From Candidatus Saccharimonadota bacterium (GTDB taxonomy: Bacteria; Patescibacteriota; Saccharimonadia; Saccharimonadales; JAXHMH01): DNA of 64,000 nucleotides. The stretch spans positions 344,379-408,378 of the forward strand of contig JAXHMH010000002.1 of the NCBI GenBank assembly GCA_034521515.1, read 5' to 3'. The translations under genes were made by a program, and so were the position numbers. This document shows, piece by piece, positions 31,206 to 40,375 of this stretch. Numbering within the stretch: position 1 is the stretch's first letter; every line of letters starts with the position of its first letter. The notes under the pieces are model-generated. The model had not been told where the DNA came from, made no database searches, and was given only the letters and a program-made list of their open reading frames with translations.

Positions 31206-32705
31206 ATGGTACGAAAAAGTACAGTTCGGGAGCACCGCAGCCAACAACGCAGTAATGACCAAAAAGGGCTACGGCATGTCGAGCTTGGCTCGGCAACAGG
31301 TAGCCAGGCGCAAAGTGTCTGGAAACACATACCACTCTGGGGGAGCTACGCGCTGCTGGTGTACATGCCGTTTCATATCTTTTTGAGCCAGTGGTTGAGC
31401 ACATTTACCGGCGGTCTGGAAGCCTGGAAAATTGCCAAAGATGTAATAACGCTTGCCCTGGTAGTGGTTAGTCTGGGCTTAGTTTTATGGACCGGCGCGT
31501 ACAAACAACGAGTATTTATATGGGCTGCCGGGTTGTCGGTGGCGTACGTTGCACTGCATATTATTACCTACGCCATAAACCAGGACACCACACCGGAAGT
31601 TGCGGCGTTGGCCACGGTTTATAACAATCGCCTCCTGTGGTATTTGATAATCGGCCTGAGTGCTTGGTTGCTGACGCCAAAAAGTTTCACTATCAATAAA
31701 ATCACCAAGCTGGTGCTGATCGTCAGCACCATAACCGCCGGGTTAGGAGTGTTGCAGTATTTTGCGCCCGCTAACATCATGACGTATTTTGGCTACAGCT
31801 TGGATCGCGGCGTTTGGCCGGCATTCTTTATTGATAGCAAACCGGACTTGCCGCGGATTATGAGCACCGTGCGCGACCCCAACTCCTACGGGGCGTACTT
31901 AATCCTACCTCTTACTCTCCTCTGGACGCTGCTTTTGCAGAGTTTAAAAGTAAAAAGTAAAAAGTACAAAGCTCAAGTCTCAAAGCTCAAGTCTCCAGTC
32001 TCATCTATTAACTATCATCTATCAACTATGAGCAGCGCCACGCTGCTCCTCAGTGGCCTCTTCATGCTGCACGGTCTCGCGTTGTTTTTGACTTTTTCAC
32101 GGTCGGCTTGGATCGGGGCATTTGTCAGCTTGGTCATCGTCAGTTTAGTGGCAGAACGCCGGTTTATGAAACAGTGGTTTAAGCGGTTGTGGCCGTTTGT
32201 GACAGCGGCGATATTCGTGCTGGCGTTTGGAATACTCATGCTAAGGGATACCTACGTGGTGCAAAACATTATCTTTCATGCCGATGACAGCACAACTGCC
32301 GAAATGGACTCCAACGCACTGCATATTCATGCGCCACTAGAGGGGTTACGGCAGGCCGGCCAAAAACCACAAGGCTACGGTCCGGGCACTGCGGGTATTG
32401 TCTCGATCCAGAATGAGTCCGGCAGCTTTTTGACAGAAAACTACTACATACAGATATTGCACGAGGTCGGCATTGCCGGACTGGCGGTCTTTGGGGCGGC
32501 GCTGTTGTTTGTAGTGCGGCAACTACGGGTTGAGAGCAAACTTGGCGCAGCTTTGTTTGCATCGTTTTGGGGCTACTTCTTGATGAGCATGATTATGCAT
32601 TTATGGACCAATGAAGCAGTTGCTGCGCAGTGGTGGCTGGCGGCTGGCTTGCTGATCGGGGCGCAGATGGCAGCCAATGAGCACAAGCCAAAGCGACAGA
32701 ACTGA
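31206..32705 (+). CDS. O-antigen ligase/polymerase-like (Wzy_C-type) polytopic membrane protein
   Basis: At least 10 hydrophobic helices. LALFLTFSRSAWIGAFVSLVIV is typical of the O-antigen ligase family loop region. GAGGAG SD 7 nt before the ATG. Confidence 0.6.
   Translation: MVRKSTVREHRSQQRSNDQKGLRHVELGSATGSQAQSVWKHIPLWGSYALLVYMPFHIFLSQWLSTFTGGLEAWKIAKDVITLALVVVSLGLVLWTGAYKQRVFIWAAGLSVAYVALHIITYAINQDTTPEVAALATVYNNRLLWYLIIGLSAWLLTPKSFTINKITKLVLIVSTITAGLGVLQYFAPANIMTYFGYSLDRGVWPAFFIDSKPDLPRIMSTVRDPNSYGAYLILPLTLLWTLLLQSLKVKSKKYKAQVSKLKSPVSSINYHLSTMSSATLLLSGLFMLHGLALFLTFSRSAWIGAFVSLVIVSLVAERRFMKQWFKRLWPFVTAAIFVLAFGILMLRDTYVVQNIIFHADDSTTAEMDSNALHIHAPLEGLRQAGQKPQGYGPGTAGIVSIQNESGSFLTENYYIQILHEVGIAGLAVFGAALLFVVRQLRVESKLGAALFASFWGYFLMSMIMHLWTNEAVAAQWWLAAGLLIGAQMAANEHKPKRQN
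31950..32033. repeat. Heptad tract (12 units = 84 nt = 28 codons) embedded in-frame in the ligase-like CDS, inverted relative to the intergenic tracts
   Basis: The units read gtaaaaa gtaaaaa gtacaaa gctcaag tctcaaa gctcaag tctccag tctcatc tattaac tatcatc tatcaac tatgagc. The reverse complement contains gatgata, gttaata, ctggaga and cttgaga, units also found at 55383-55501 and 56054-56186. It encodes VKSKKYKAQVSKLKSPVSSINYHLSTMS. Confidence 0.8.
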
Positions 32706-32774
32706 TATACTAAAAGCTACAAAGACGATTATTTTTGGTTTTATACAAACGGTTAAGGAGGGACAAACAGCAAC

Positions 32775-33779
32775 ATGAAAAAACGAGCACTTATTACCGG
32801 TATTACTGGTCAGGACGGCGCACATTTAGCCCAACTGCTGCACGATAAAAACTATGAAGTGTTCGGTGTTATCCGCGGGCAACGCAACCCGCGCCGCGAG
32901 GCTACAGAGCAGCTTTTGCCTTACGTCACCCTAATAGAAGCTGATCTAACCGATTTATCCTCACTAGTCCGCGCCATGGAAACTTCCAAGCCTGATGAGG
33001 TGTATAACTTGGCTGCCATCAGTCATGTCGGTTATTCGTTCAAGGATCCTATTTTAACTGCAGAGGTTACTGGTAAGGGCGTGCTCAACATGCTGGAGGC
33101 AATACGTCTTAGCGGCGGCGAAAAAACCGTTAAGTTTTATCAGGCATCAACCTCAGAAATGTTTGGCGGCCTAGAATACAACCGTCCAGACAAAGGCTAT
33201 AACGAGGATGCTATCTTCCATCCGCGCAGCCCTTACGGCGTGGCTAAGCTATACGGTCACTGGATAGCTCGCAATTACCGCGAAAGTTACGGTATGTTCG
33301 TATCGTGCGGAATCTTATTCAATCATGAGGGCGAACACCGCGGGCTAGAGTTTGTGACCCGCAAAATTACCAACGCCGTGGCACGTATCAAGCTCGGCAA
33401 ACAAGACCATATAGAGCTTGGTGATCTATGGCCTAAGCGTGACTGGGGTTACGCCGGCGACTACACAGAAGGCATGTGGCGTATGTTGCAGCAAGACAAA
33501 CCTGATGATTATGTGCTGGCAACCGGTGAAACGCATTCTATTGAGGAGTTTTTGACCCTAGCGTTTAAAGAAATTGGCATTGATGACTGGAAACCATACG
33601 TCAAACAAAACCCGGCGTTTATGCGCCCGGCAGAGGTTGACGTATTGCTTGGTGATCCGTCCAAGGCAGAAAAGCAGCTTGGCTGGAAGCGCAAAGTCGA
33701 CTTTCCAGGTCTCGTCAAACTGATGGTCAAACACGATCTAGAGTTAGAGAAGCTTGATCAATCTGACAACAAAATCTGA
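32775..33779 (+). CDS. gmd: GDP-mannose 4,6-dehydratase
   Basis: MKKRALITGITGQDGAHLAQLL, SEMFG, YGVAKLY (YxxxK) and LFNHEGEHRG are all Gmd hallmarks. AAGGAGGG SD. Confidence 0.92.
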   Translation: MKKRALITGITGQDGAHLAQLLHDKNYEVFGVIRGQRNPRREATEQLLPYVTLIEADLTDLSSLVRAMETSKPDEVYNLAAISHVGYSFKDPILTAEVTGKGVLNMLEAIRLSGGEKTVKFYQASTSEMFGGLEYNRPDKGYNEDAIFHPRSPYGVAKLYGHWIARNYRESYGMFVSCGILFNHEGEHRGLEFVTRKITNAVARIKLGKQDHIELGDLWPKRDWGYAGDYTEGMWRMLQQDKPDDYVLATGETHSIEEFLTLAFKEIGIDDWKPYVKQNPAFMRPAEVDVLLGDPSKAEKQLGWKRKVDFPGLVKLMVKHDLELEKLDQSDNKI

Positions 33780-34706
33780 TTACTGGTTAACTATGTCTTT
33801 GATGGTTTGTTCAAATGGGATTTCCGGCTCCCAGCCGGTTTCGTCACTTAGGCGTTCAAAACTGCCGTATAAATCGGCCGGATCGTTTGGCCGGATTAGT
33901 GACTGATCAACATCAATTGTAACCTTATCTTTTAGCCCCATCTCGCTCACCAACGCATCTAGCACACTTTGGCCGGTGCGGCTGGTGCCGCTGCAGACGT
34001 TAAATAAGTTGTCTTGCAGGGTTTCGGCTGTGGCCAGGTCGCTGTAGGCGCGCACTACATCGCGCACATCGGTATAGTCACGCTTGGTGGTCAAATTGCC
34101 AACAGTTACTGGCTTACCAGTCTCTTTTGCATCAAGCAGTTTTTGGTATAAGTCTGGCAGCAAGAAACCAGGTGCTTGGCCAGGGCCAACGTGATTAAAC
34201 GGCCGTACGATAATACAGTCCAGCCCCTGTTTTTGGAGTTCTTGGGCGGCCTCTTCCATCATGATCTTGCTGAGTGCGTACGGCGAGCCTTCGGTTATAA
34301 GTTTGGATTCTTCAGTTAGCGGGGTCTGCTGTTTTGGGTCATAAACTGCACCGGTACTAACTGCTATCAGCCGGGCTTTTTCTTTGCTATCGAGCAGCCG
34401 TTCGCCTAAGGTAGTTAGCACCTCTACGTTTACTTTTTTATATAACTCTTCTGCACCAAAAGAGGCGCCAACATTGGCTAGGCCGGCCAAGTTTATAATC
34501 GTATCAACATTTTCTAGAGGCAGGGCGTCCACCTGGATTTTATCGGTCAGATCGCAGCTAAAATAGTCGTCCAGTTGATCGGCAATTTCAGGTGAGGGCA
34601 CGTCTTCTGTACCAAGCCCGAGCACCTCAAGTTCACGCGCTTTTAGCTCGCGCACTAGGTGTTTGCCGACAAAACCATTTACTCCGGTGACAAGTATTTT
34701 AAGCAT
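33780..34706 (-). CDS. NAD-dependent SDR, probable GDP-4-keto-6-deoxy-D-mannose reductase (Rmd-like)
   Basis: MLKILVTGVNGFVGKHL (Rossmann fold, Rmd-like GFVGKHL) and YALSKIMME (YxxxK). It is convergent with and abuts gmd. ATG 34706 is preferred over 34745. Confidence 0.55.
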   Translation of the reverse strand: MLKILVTGVNGFVGKHLVRELKARELEVLGLGTEDVPSPEIADQLDDYFSCDLTDKIQVDALPLENVDTIINLAGLANVGASFGAEELYKKVNVEVLTTLGERLLDSKEKARLIAVSTGAVYDPKQQTPLTEESKLITEGSPYALSKIMMEEAAQELQKQGLDCIIVRPFNHVGPGQAPGFLLPDLYQKLLDAKETGKPVTVGNLTTKRDYTDVRDVVRAYSDLATAETLQDNLFNVCSGTSRTGQSVLDALVSEMGLKDKVTIDVDQSLIRPNDPADLYGSFERLSDETGWEPEIPFEQTIKDIVNQ

Positions 34707-34798
34707 ACATAAGTAGCCTAACACGACAACTGCTCCCTGCCGCAATAAAATCTATCGTCCTTGTGGTACAGAGGTAAAACCTATAAAATAGACGCAAC

Positions 34799-35602
34799 GT
34801 GAAAAGACTTCAACAACGCTATCGATATTCCTTGATTTTGCTCAAGCAGCTGGTAAAAACGGATTTTAAATTGCGTTATCAAGGCTCCTTTTTGGGGTAT
34901 CTTTGGTCACTTCTGCGGCCGCTGGCGTTATTTGTCATTTTGTACATTGTGTTCGCGCGGTTTTTGCGGTTTGGCGAAGCTGTTCCAAACTTCCCGGTTT
35001 ACCTGTTGTTTGGCATTGTGCTGTGGAACTATTTTGTGGAGGTCACCAGCAACAGTGTCAGTGCTATCGTCGGCAAGGGCGACTTGATCCGCAAACTCAA
35101 CTTTCCTAAATACGTAATTATTATGTCCGGCTCGTTATCGGCGCTGATCAACCTAGGCATTAACATGATAGTCTTAGCGGCCTTTATGTGGTTTACCGGA
35201 GTAGATTTAAGGATCGAGGCTTTGCTGTTGCCAATTGTGTTGGCCGAGTTGTTCGTGTTTGCGCTGGCGCTAGCCTTTTTACTCAGCGCGCTGTTCGTGA
35301 AGTTCCGTGACATTACCTACATCTGGGAGGTCGTGTTGCAAGCTGGGTTTTACGCCACCCCGATCATTTATCCGCTAAGCTTAATCCCGGATATTGCCGC
35401 CAAACTGTTGTTGCTTAGCCCGGTGGCACAGATAATCCAAGATGCTCGATACCTGTTAATTACGCCAGAAACAACCACCCTAAGTCAGTTGTACGGTACG
35501 CATCTGGTGCGCCTGATACCATTGTCGGTTATTTTGGTCATATGTATTTTTTCTGTGACGTATTTCCGCAAGCGATCTAAATACTTTGCGGAGGAGGTGT
35601 AG
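34799..35602 (+). CDS. wzm: ABC-2 type polysaccharide export permease (Wzm/TagG-like)
   Basis: 267 aa with six hydrophobic helices. The N-terminal LVKTDFKLRYQGSFLGYLWSLLRP is the ABC-2 polysaccharide-exporter signature. It lies directly upstream of the ATPase. Confidence 0.8.
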   Translation: MKRLQQRYRYSLILLKQLVKTDFKLRYQGSFLGYLWSLLRPLALFVILYIVFARFLRFGEAVPNFPVYLLFGIVLWNYFVEVTSNSVSAIVGKGDLIRKLNFPKYVIIMSGSLSALINLGINMIVLAAFMWFTGVDLRIEALLLPIVLAELFVFALALAFLLSALFVKFRDITYIWEVVLQAGFYATPIIYPLSLIPDIAAKLLLLSPVAQIIQDARYLLITPETTTLSQLYGTHLVRLIPLSVILVICIFSVTYFRKRSKYFAEEV

Positions 35603-35604
35603 GT

Positions 35605-36810
35605 ATGGCCACCAAGAAAGACGCCGTTATCAAGGTGCAAAATGTCTCTAAGGACTTTCGGTTTGCTAGCAATCGTTCTGGCACACTCAAGAGTCTGTTT
35701 ACCGGATTATTACAGCGCAAAGAGGACGAAGAGGCTAAAATCCAGCACGCCCTAAAAGATATTAGTTTCGAGATCAAAAAAGGCGAGTTTTTTGGCATTG
35801 TCGGGCGTAATGGCAGTGGCAAGAGTACGTTGCTTAAGATGTTGGCGGGTATTTATCAGCCATCAGAGGGCAATATTCAGGTAGAGGGTAAGTTGGTGCC
35901 GTTTATTGAGCTCGGTGTAGGGTTTAATCCAGAACTAACCGGCAAAGAAAACGTCTATCTTAATGGTGCGCTATTGGGCTTTAGCGAAGATGAGGTAGAC
36001 AAATTTTATGATGAAGTAGTGGAGTTTGCCGAGCTAGAACAGTTCATGGACAAAAAGCTCAAAAACTACTCATCCGGCATGCAAGTGCGCCTGGCGTTTT
36101 CTATGGCCATCCGCGCCCAAGCCGACATTCTGCTAATTGACGAAGTATTAGCAGTCGGCGACGCCGATTTCCAGCGTAAGTGCTTTGAGTATTTTAATCA
36201 CCTGAAAAAAGTGAAAAGTACCGTTATATTTGTGAGTCACGATATGGAAGCCATTCGTCAATATTGTGATAGAGCGGTACTAGTAGAAGACAGTGTCTTA
36301 ATAGAAGAAGGTAGCGCGGAAACTGTAGCACAAGCCTACACAAGACAATTCACTGAGACGCAAACTAGCGTACGCGAGGATAATTCTGGTGAAGACAATC
36401 CAAAAAGATGGGGTGAGGGCGGCATTATTACAAAATCCGTCGCAGTGGATATCACTGAACAAAAAATTACCATGACGCAAACTTTACAAGCCAATGAAGA
36501 CATGAAGAGCTACATAGCCGGGATTAGACTGAAAAATACGGCTAACCAGTACATTACTGGCACAAACACAAAGATTGAACATAAAAAAGTTAACCCCCTT
36601 AAGGCTGGCGAAACGGTGGATATAATCTGGGAAATGTCGAACATACTAAGCGACGGTGACTACCTTATTGATCCAGCGGTACTTTATTCAAACGAGATTA
36701 CAGTCGGGGATTGGTGGGACGATGCAGTACAGTTCACAGTTAAGAGAAACAGAAAGATACCCTATATAATAGACCCGGGTTTTAAAGTACATGTAAAGGA
36801 TGTGCAGTAA
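35605..36810 (+). CDS. wzt: Polysaccharide ABC exporter ATP-binding protein (Wzt/TagH-like) with C-terminal extra domain
   Basis: Walker A is GRNGSGKSTLLKML, the signature motif is YSSGMQVRLAF and Walker B is ILLIDEVLAVGD. A ~150-aa C-terminal domain sits in the position of Wzt glycan-terminus-binding domains. Confidence 0.8.
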   Translation: MATKKDAVIKVQNVSKDFRFASNRSGTLKSLFTGLLQRKEDEEAKIQHALKDISFEIKKGEFFGIVGRNGSGKSTLLKMLAGIYQPSEGNIQVEGKLVPFIELGVGFNPELTGKENVYLNGALLGFSEDEVDKFYDEVVEFAELEQFMDKKLKNYSSGMQVRLAFSMAIRAQADILLIDEVLAVGDADFQRKCFEYFNHLKKVKSTVIFVSHDMEAIRQYCDRAVLVEDSVLIEEGSAETVAQAYTRQFTETQTSVREDNSGEDNPKRWGEGGIITKSVAVDITEQKITMTQTLQANEDMKSYIAGIRLKNTANQYITGTNTKIEHKKVNPLKAGETVDIIWEMSNILSDGDYLIDPAVLYSNEITVGDWWDDAVQFTVKRNRKIPYIIDPGFKVHVKDVQ

Positions 36811-36812
36811 AC

Positions 36813-37706
36813 ATGAAACCAATAATCTACTATGGTCAAAACCGTGAAGACCTTATTTTGTCAGCATTTTTTCCTGATGAGAAAGATGGGTTTTATGTTG
36901 ATGTCGGAGCTCATCATCCAGTAAAAGATTCGGTTACTAAATTGTTTTACGACAAGGGTTGGACGGGTATTAATATTGAACCCCAGCCTAAACAACATAA
37001 ACTTTTGAAACAAAAAAGACCTAGAGACATCAATTTACAGATTGGTATATCTGATAAGCCAGGCAAATTACAGCTGCGAAGCTATGCCATGGATGGGTTC
37101 TCTACCTTTTCGGATAGTATTAAAAAAGAGCACAAGCAAGGCAAAATAGAGGGCACAAAAAAATATCGTGACTATGAAGTAGAAGTTGATACGCTAGGCA
37201 ATGTATTTAAAAAGCACGGTGTCAAAAAGATTTCATTTTTAAAGGTGGACGTAGAAGGTCTTGAGTATGAGGTACTTGCTGGTAATAACTGGAATAAATT
37301 TAGGCCAGAAGTACTCTGCATTGAAGCCAATCATATAGTGAAAGACTGGCGGAGTTTACTAAAGCAAAACAGGTACTCTTATGTATTATTTGATGGATTA
37401 AATGAATATTTTGTATCACACGAAGCAGAATTCCGTATAGAACTATTCAGAAAAACCTATCCAGATATTCTTGTATCATCTTCAGTTCTGTCATATGGGT
37501 GGTCGCAACAAATCGATAAACTTTCGGCGCAATTACAGAAAGTGCAGGCAACTCTAGATAATCAAATGCACGCAAACAAACAACTACAAGAAACAATCAA
37601 TCAACAAGAAAAAGAGTTGCGCAGCGTAATCGCCTTGTCGAAACGGCTGGCGAAAAGAACAGTAAAAAAATTACTGCCAATAAAAAATAATTTTAACAAA
37701 GACTAG
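36813..37706 (+). CDS. FkbM-family methyltransferase with C-terminal coiled-coil
   Basis: GFYVDVGAHHPVKDS and ISFLKVDVEGLEYEVL are FkbM-type motifs. The C-terminal QLQKVQATLDNQMHANKQLQETINQQEKEL looks like a coiled coil. Confidence 0.65.
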   Translation: MKPIIYYGQNREDLILSAFFPDEKDGFYVDVGAHHPVKDSVTKLFYDKGWTGINIEPQPKQHKLLKQKRPRDINLQIGISDKPGKLQLRSYAMDGFSTFSDSIKKEHKQGKIEGTKKYRDYEVEVDTLGNVFKKHGVKKISFLKVDVEGLEYEVLAGNNWNKFRPEVLCIEANHIVKDWRSLLKQNRYSYVLFDGLNEYFVSHEAEFRIELFRKTYPDILVSSSVLSYGWSQQIDKLSAQLQKVQATLDNQMHANKQLQETINQQEKELRSVIALSKRLAKRTVKKLLPIKNNFNKD

Positions 37707-39031
37707 TTTTTTATAGCACGGATAATACTATCAGCCGTCTTATTCCAGCCAAATTTCTTTGCTTGTTTCTTTCCAGTCAAAGAGAACTTACTTGAGTCTG
37801 TGCTGTTAGATACCAAGTCTCTAACTGTGCGAGTAATACCCATAAAATCGTCTGCATAGATTGCCGCATCTTCAGCTACCTCTAAAATAGAAGTGTTGCG
37901 ATAAGTAATGACTGGCGTACCGTGGCGCATGGCTTCAAGTACCGGCAAACCAAACCCCTCATACACGCTAGGATATACAAATGCGACTGCATGTTTATAA
38001 AGCCATTCACGTTGGTAATCTTCTACGAACCCAAGGAAGTAAACATCGTCTAAATATGAGGTGTTTCTGAAGTAATCCTGCAAAGCTGGAACCGGTATGT
38101 CAAAAGGGCCTTTGGAAGTGTCGCCGGCAAGTACAAGTTTTATATCATGGCCTTGTGCACGCAAATTATTAAAAGCAGCTACAAGGTCAACAAGTTTTCT
38201 TCTGGGGTCAGCTCCGCCCAAAAACAACAAGAACTTCTTATCATTCAGGTCTAATTTACGGGGTATGGTTCCCCAGCTTGTATAGGTGTATCTGTGTAAC
38301 TGTGGGTCTTTATCTGTCTTCTTGGTTTTGCTGCCGTCTACCCCTAGCAAACAAACTTGTATTTTTTTGGCCGGCACCGATAGGCGGGTCACAAAATCTT
38401 TTTTAGTATGCTTTGAAATAGCTAATAAATAGTCAGCTCGTTTGCAATTAAACTTTAGGCGGCTTTTGTATTGCCGGCGGTGCAGGGCATGATTAAGCGC
38501 GCTTCTTCTGGTGCATCCTTTATTACGTGCAGTAGAGTAAGACAGTAAGTAATCTGCCTCCATGACGTAGGGGATCATGTCATATAAAACCAGCGCGACT
38601 TTACCTTTGGCGTGGCGTGGCAAATGTTGCTCTTGGTTAAACTGGATAAATTTATCAATATCACGCAATGAACCTAGACGCGTGTCTCCGAGGTAATAAT
38701 CTTTGTAAATTCTAAACTGATGTAGGGCAACTTTAAAGGGTGCTTTGATTATAGCCGGTACAAACCTACCCAATTGTTTGGCGATGTGTTTTAGCTTGTT
38801 TCTTCTTGGATTAGCTAGTGGGTTAGGTATCGAAACAATGCTATGGTTTACGCCTTTTAATTCTAGTAAATTGAGCGCTTGATCTTTGTCTTGTTCATAT
38901 AAGTACAGTACAAAATGGTGCTTAGTTTTTGCTTCTTTTGGCAGGTGGTTTATAAAGTTGATAAGCGTATAGCCAATGCCGCGCATCCGGTGCGGGCCTT
39001 GCAGCACAGTGGCGTCGATACCTATCTTCAT
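37703..39031 (-). CDS. Glycosyltransferase, GT4 family
   Basis: YPSVYEGFGLPVLEAMRHGTPVITYRNTSILEV. Confidence 0.8.
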   Translation of the reverse strand: MKIGIDATVLQGPHRMRGIGYTLINFINHLPKEAKTKHHFVLYLYEQDKDQALNLLELKGVNHSIVSIPNPLANPRRNKLKHIAKQLGRFVPAIIKAPFKVALHQFRIYKDYYLGDTRLGSLRDIDKFIQFNQEQHLPRHAKGKVALVLYDMIPYVMEADYLLSYSTARNKGCTRRSALNHALHRRQYKSRLKFNCKRADYLLAISKHTKKDFVTRLSVPAKKIQVCLLGVDGSKTKKTDKDPQLHRYTYTSWGTIPRKLDLNDKKFLLFLGGADPRRKLVDLVAAFNNLRAQGHDIKLVLAGDTSKGPFDIPVPALQDYFRNTSYLDDVYFLGFVEDYQREWLYKHAVAFVYPSVYEGFGLPVLEAMRHGTPVITYRNTSILEVAEDAAIYADDFMGITRTVRDLVSNSTDSSKFSLTGKKQAKKFGWNKTADSIIRAIKN

Positions 39032-40209
39032 TTGGTTTTCTCCATAATCAAATCCCAGTATTGTTGGGCACTCTTTTCCCAGGCGAAGTTGCTGGCTTGT
39101 TCCGGGCCGGCGGTTATTGTTTTAGCTGAGACTGCTTCAATGTTGTCCAGGTGGTGTTTTATGTGTTTTACAAAGCCGTCTAAATCAGTGCAATTTAACA
39201 AAACACCAGCATCACCTACAACCTCAGGCAAGGATGAATTATCCGCAGAGATAACCGGTACTCCGCATGCCAGTGCTTCAAGCGGTGGCATACCAAAGCC
39301 CTCGTAGTGGCTCGGATATACCAGCATTTTAGCTCCAGAAATAATCGCCGGCTTGTCTTTGTCCGATACATATTCAGATGGTCGTACAATATCGTAGCCA
39401 TCTTTAACTAGCTCAACAATTTTGGCAAACAATGCGTCGGTCTTCCAGCCACTCACACCAACAAGCAACAAACTGATATCTTTACGGTATTTTTCTGGAA
39501 GTTTGCAGTAGGCATCAACCAAAAGATCTAAATTTTTGCGCGGCTCTAGGTTTGATAGGGCTAGAATATAGTTTTTCTTTATACCGTATTTTTGCTTTAC
39601 CTTGTTTATCTCTTGCTCCGAGCGGCGGTAAAAGTAGCGTTGGTCGGCCGCAGGAGTAGCCACGATAACATCATTTTTAGGTAGGTTATAAAAACTAGCA
39701 ATTTCTTGTTTGCCGTTTTCTGATATGGCAAAAACTTTCTCTACCTGCTTTATAGACTTCTTAACACCTTTGGAGAGGAAGTTAGCATTGCGCTCATCGG
39801 AGTATTGGCGGTAATGCTCATAAGACAGGTCATATATAACTACCGAAGATTTACTAAAAACTAATGGCATCGTCACAAAACGCGTGAATATGTAGTAGCC
39901 ACGGCCGCACCAAAGGTCTAAAGGCGGCATAAGGTTGTGATGCCATAGCCGAGCCATGGTTCTGAATGTTATAGGCAACCGTTTGGCACGTATGTGTTTA
40001 AACTTATATGACTGGAATTTGTCTAGGGTATTGTAAGGGATAATAACCCGAACGTCTGGCACAGGGTTACCAGCAAGCTTCTCTCGCTCTAGTATGGCGT
40101 CTATACCGCGCAACGTGCCGAGAATATATTGACCAATACCGCTAAAATGCCCCTCAACGAGGCCAAGCCCTTCAAAATATATTCTTTTTTTGATCATGTA
40201 CCATAACAT
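39028..40209 (-). CDS. Glycosyltransferase, GT4 family
   Basis: YPSHYEGFGMPPLEALACGVPVISADNSSLPEV; 4-nt overlap with the downstream GT4 gene. Confidence 0.8.
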   Translation of the reverse strand: MLWYMIKKRIYFEGLGLVEGHFSGIGQYILGTLRGIDAILEREKLAGNPVPDVRVIIPYNTLDKFQSYKFKHIRAKRLPITFRTMARLWHHNLMPPLDLWCGRGYYIFTRFVTMPLVFSKSSVVIYDLSYEHYRQYSDERNANFLSKGVKKSIKQVEKVFAISENGKQEIASFYNLPKNDVIVATPAADQRYFYRRSEQEINKVKQKYGIKKNYILALSNLEPRKNLDLLVDAYCKLPEKYRKDISLLLVGVSGWKTDALFAKIVELVKDGYDIVRPSEYVSDKDKPAIISGAKMLVYPSHYEGFGMPPLEALACGVPVISADNSSLPEVVGDAGVLLNCTDLDGFVKHIKHHLDNIEAVSAKTITAGPEQASNFAWEKSAQQYWDLIMEKTK

Positions 40210-40375
40210 TCTATCAAATTATTAGAGGTACACGCATCAACTACTATTTATTCATAGTCCACGTAGCCCGGACTGATTACTTTACCGCCAGTATTTTATA
40301 GCTAATTCTCATAATTCGGCACAGACTAGCATTGCCCCTGAGTATCTAAAGACAACCAGATTGTGTAAGCCATTG

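Noticed and set aside
31072-31404. N-terminal 111-aa extension of ORF 30784..31404
   Set aside because: The extension is Cys/Arg-rich and non-protein-like, and it overlaps the divergent ligase-like gene and its SD. A consensus promoter sits at 31079-31106, and the RelB/DinJ homology begins at the ATG at 31071.
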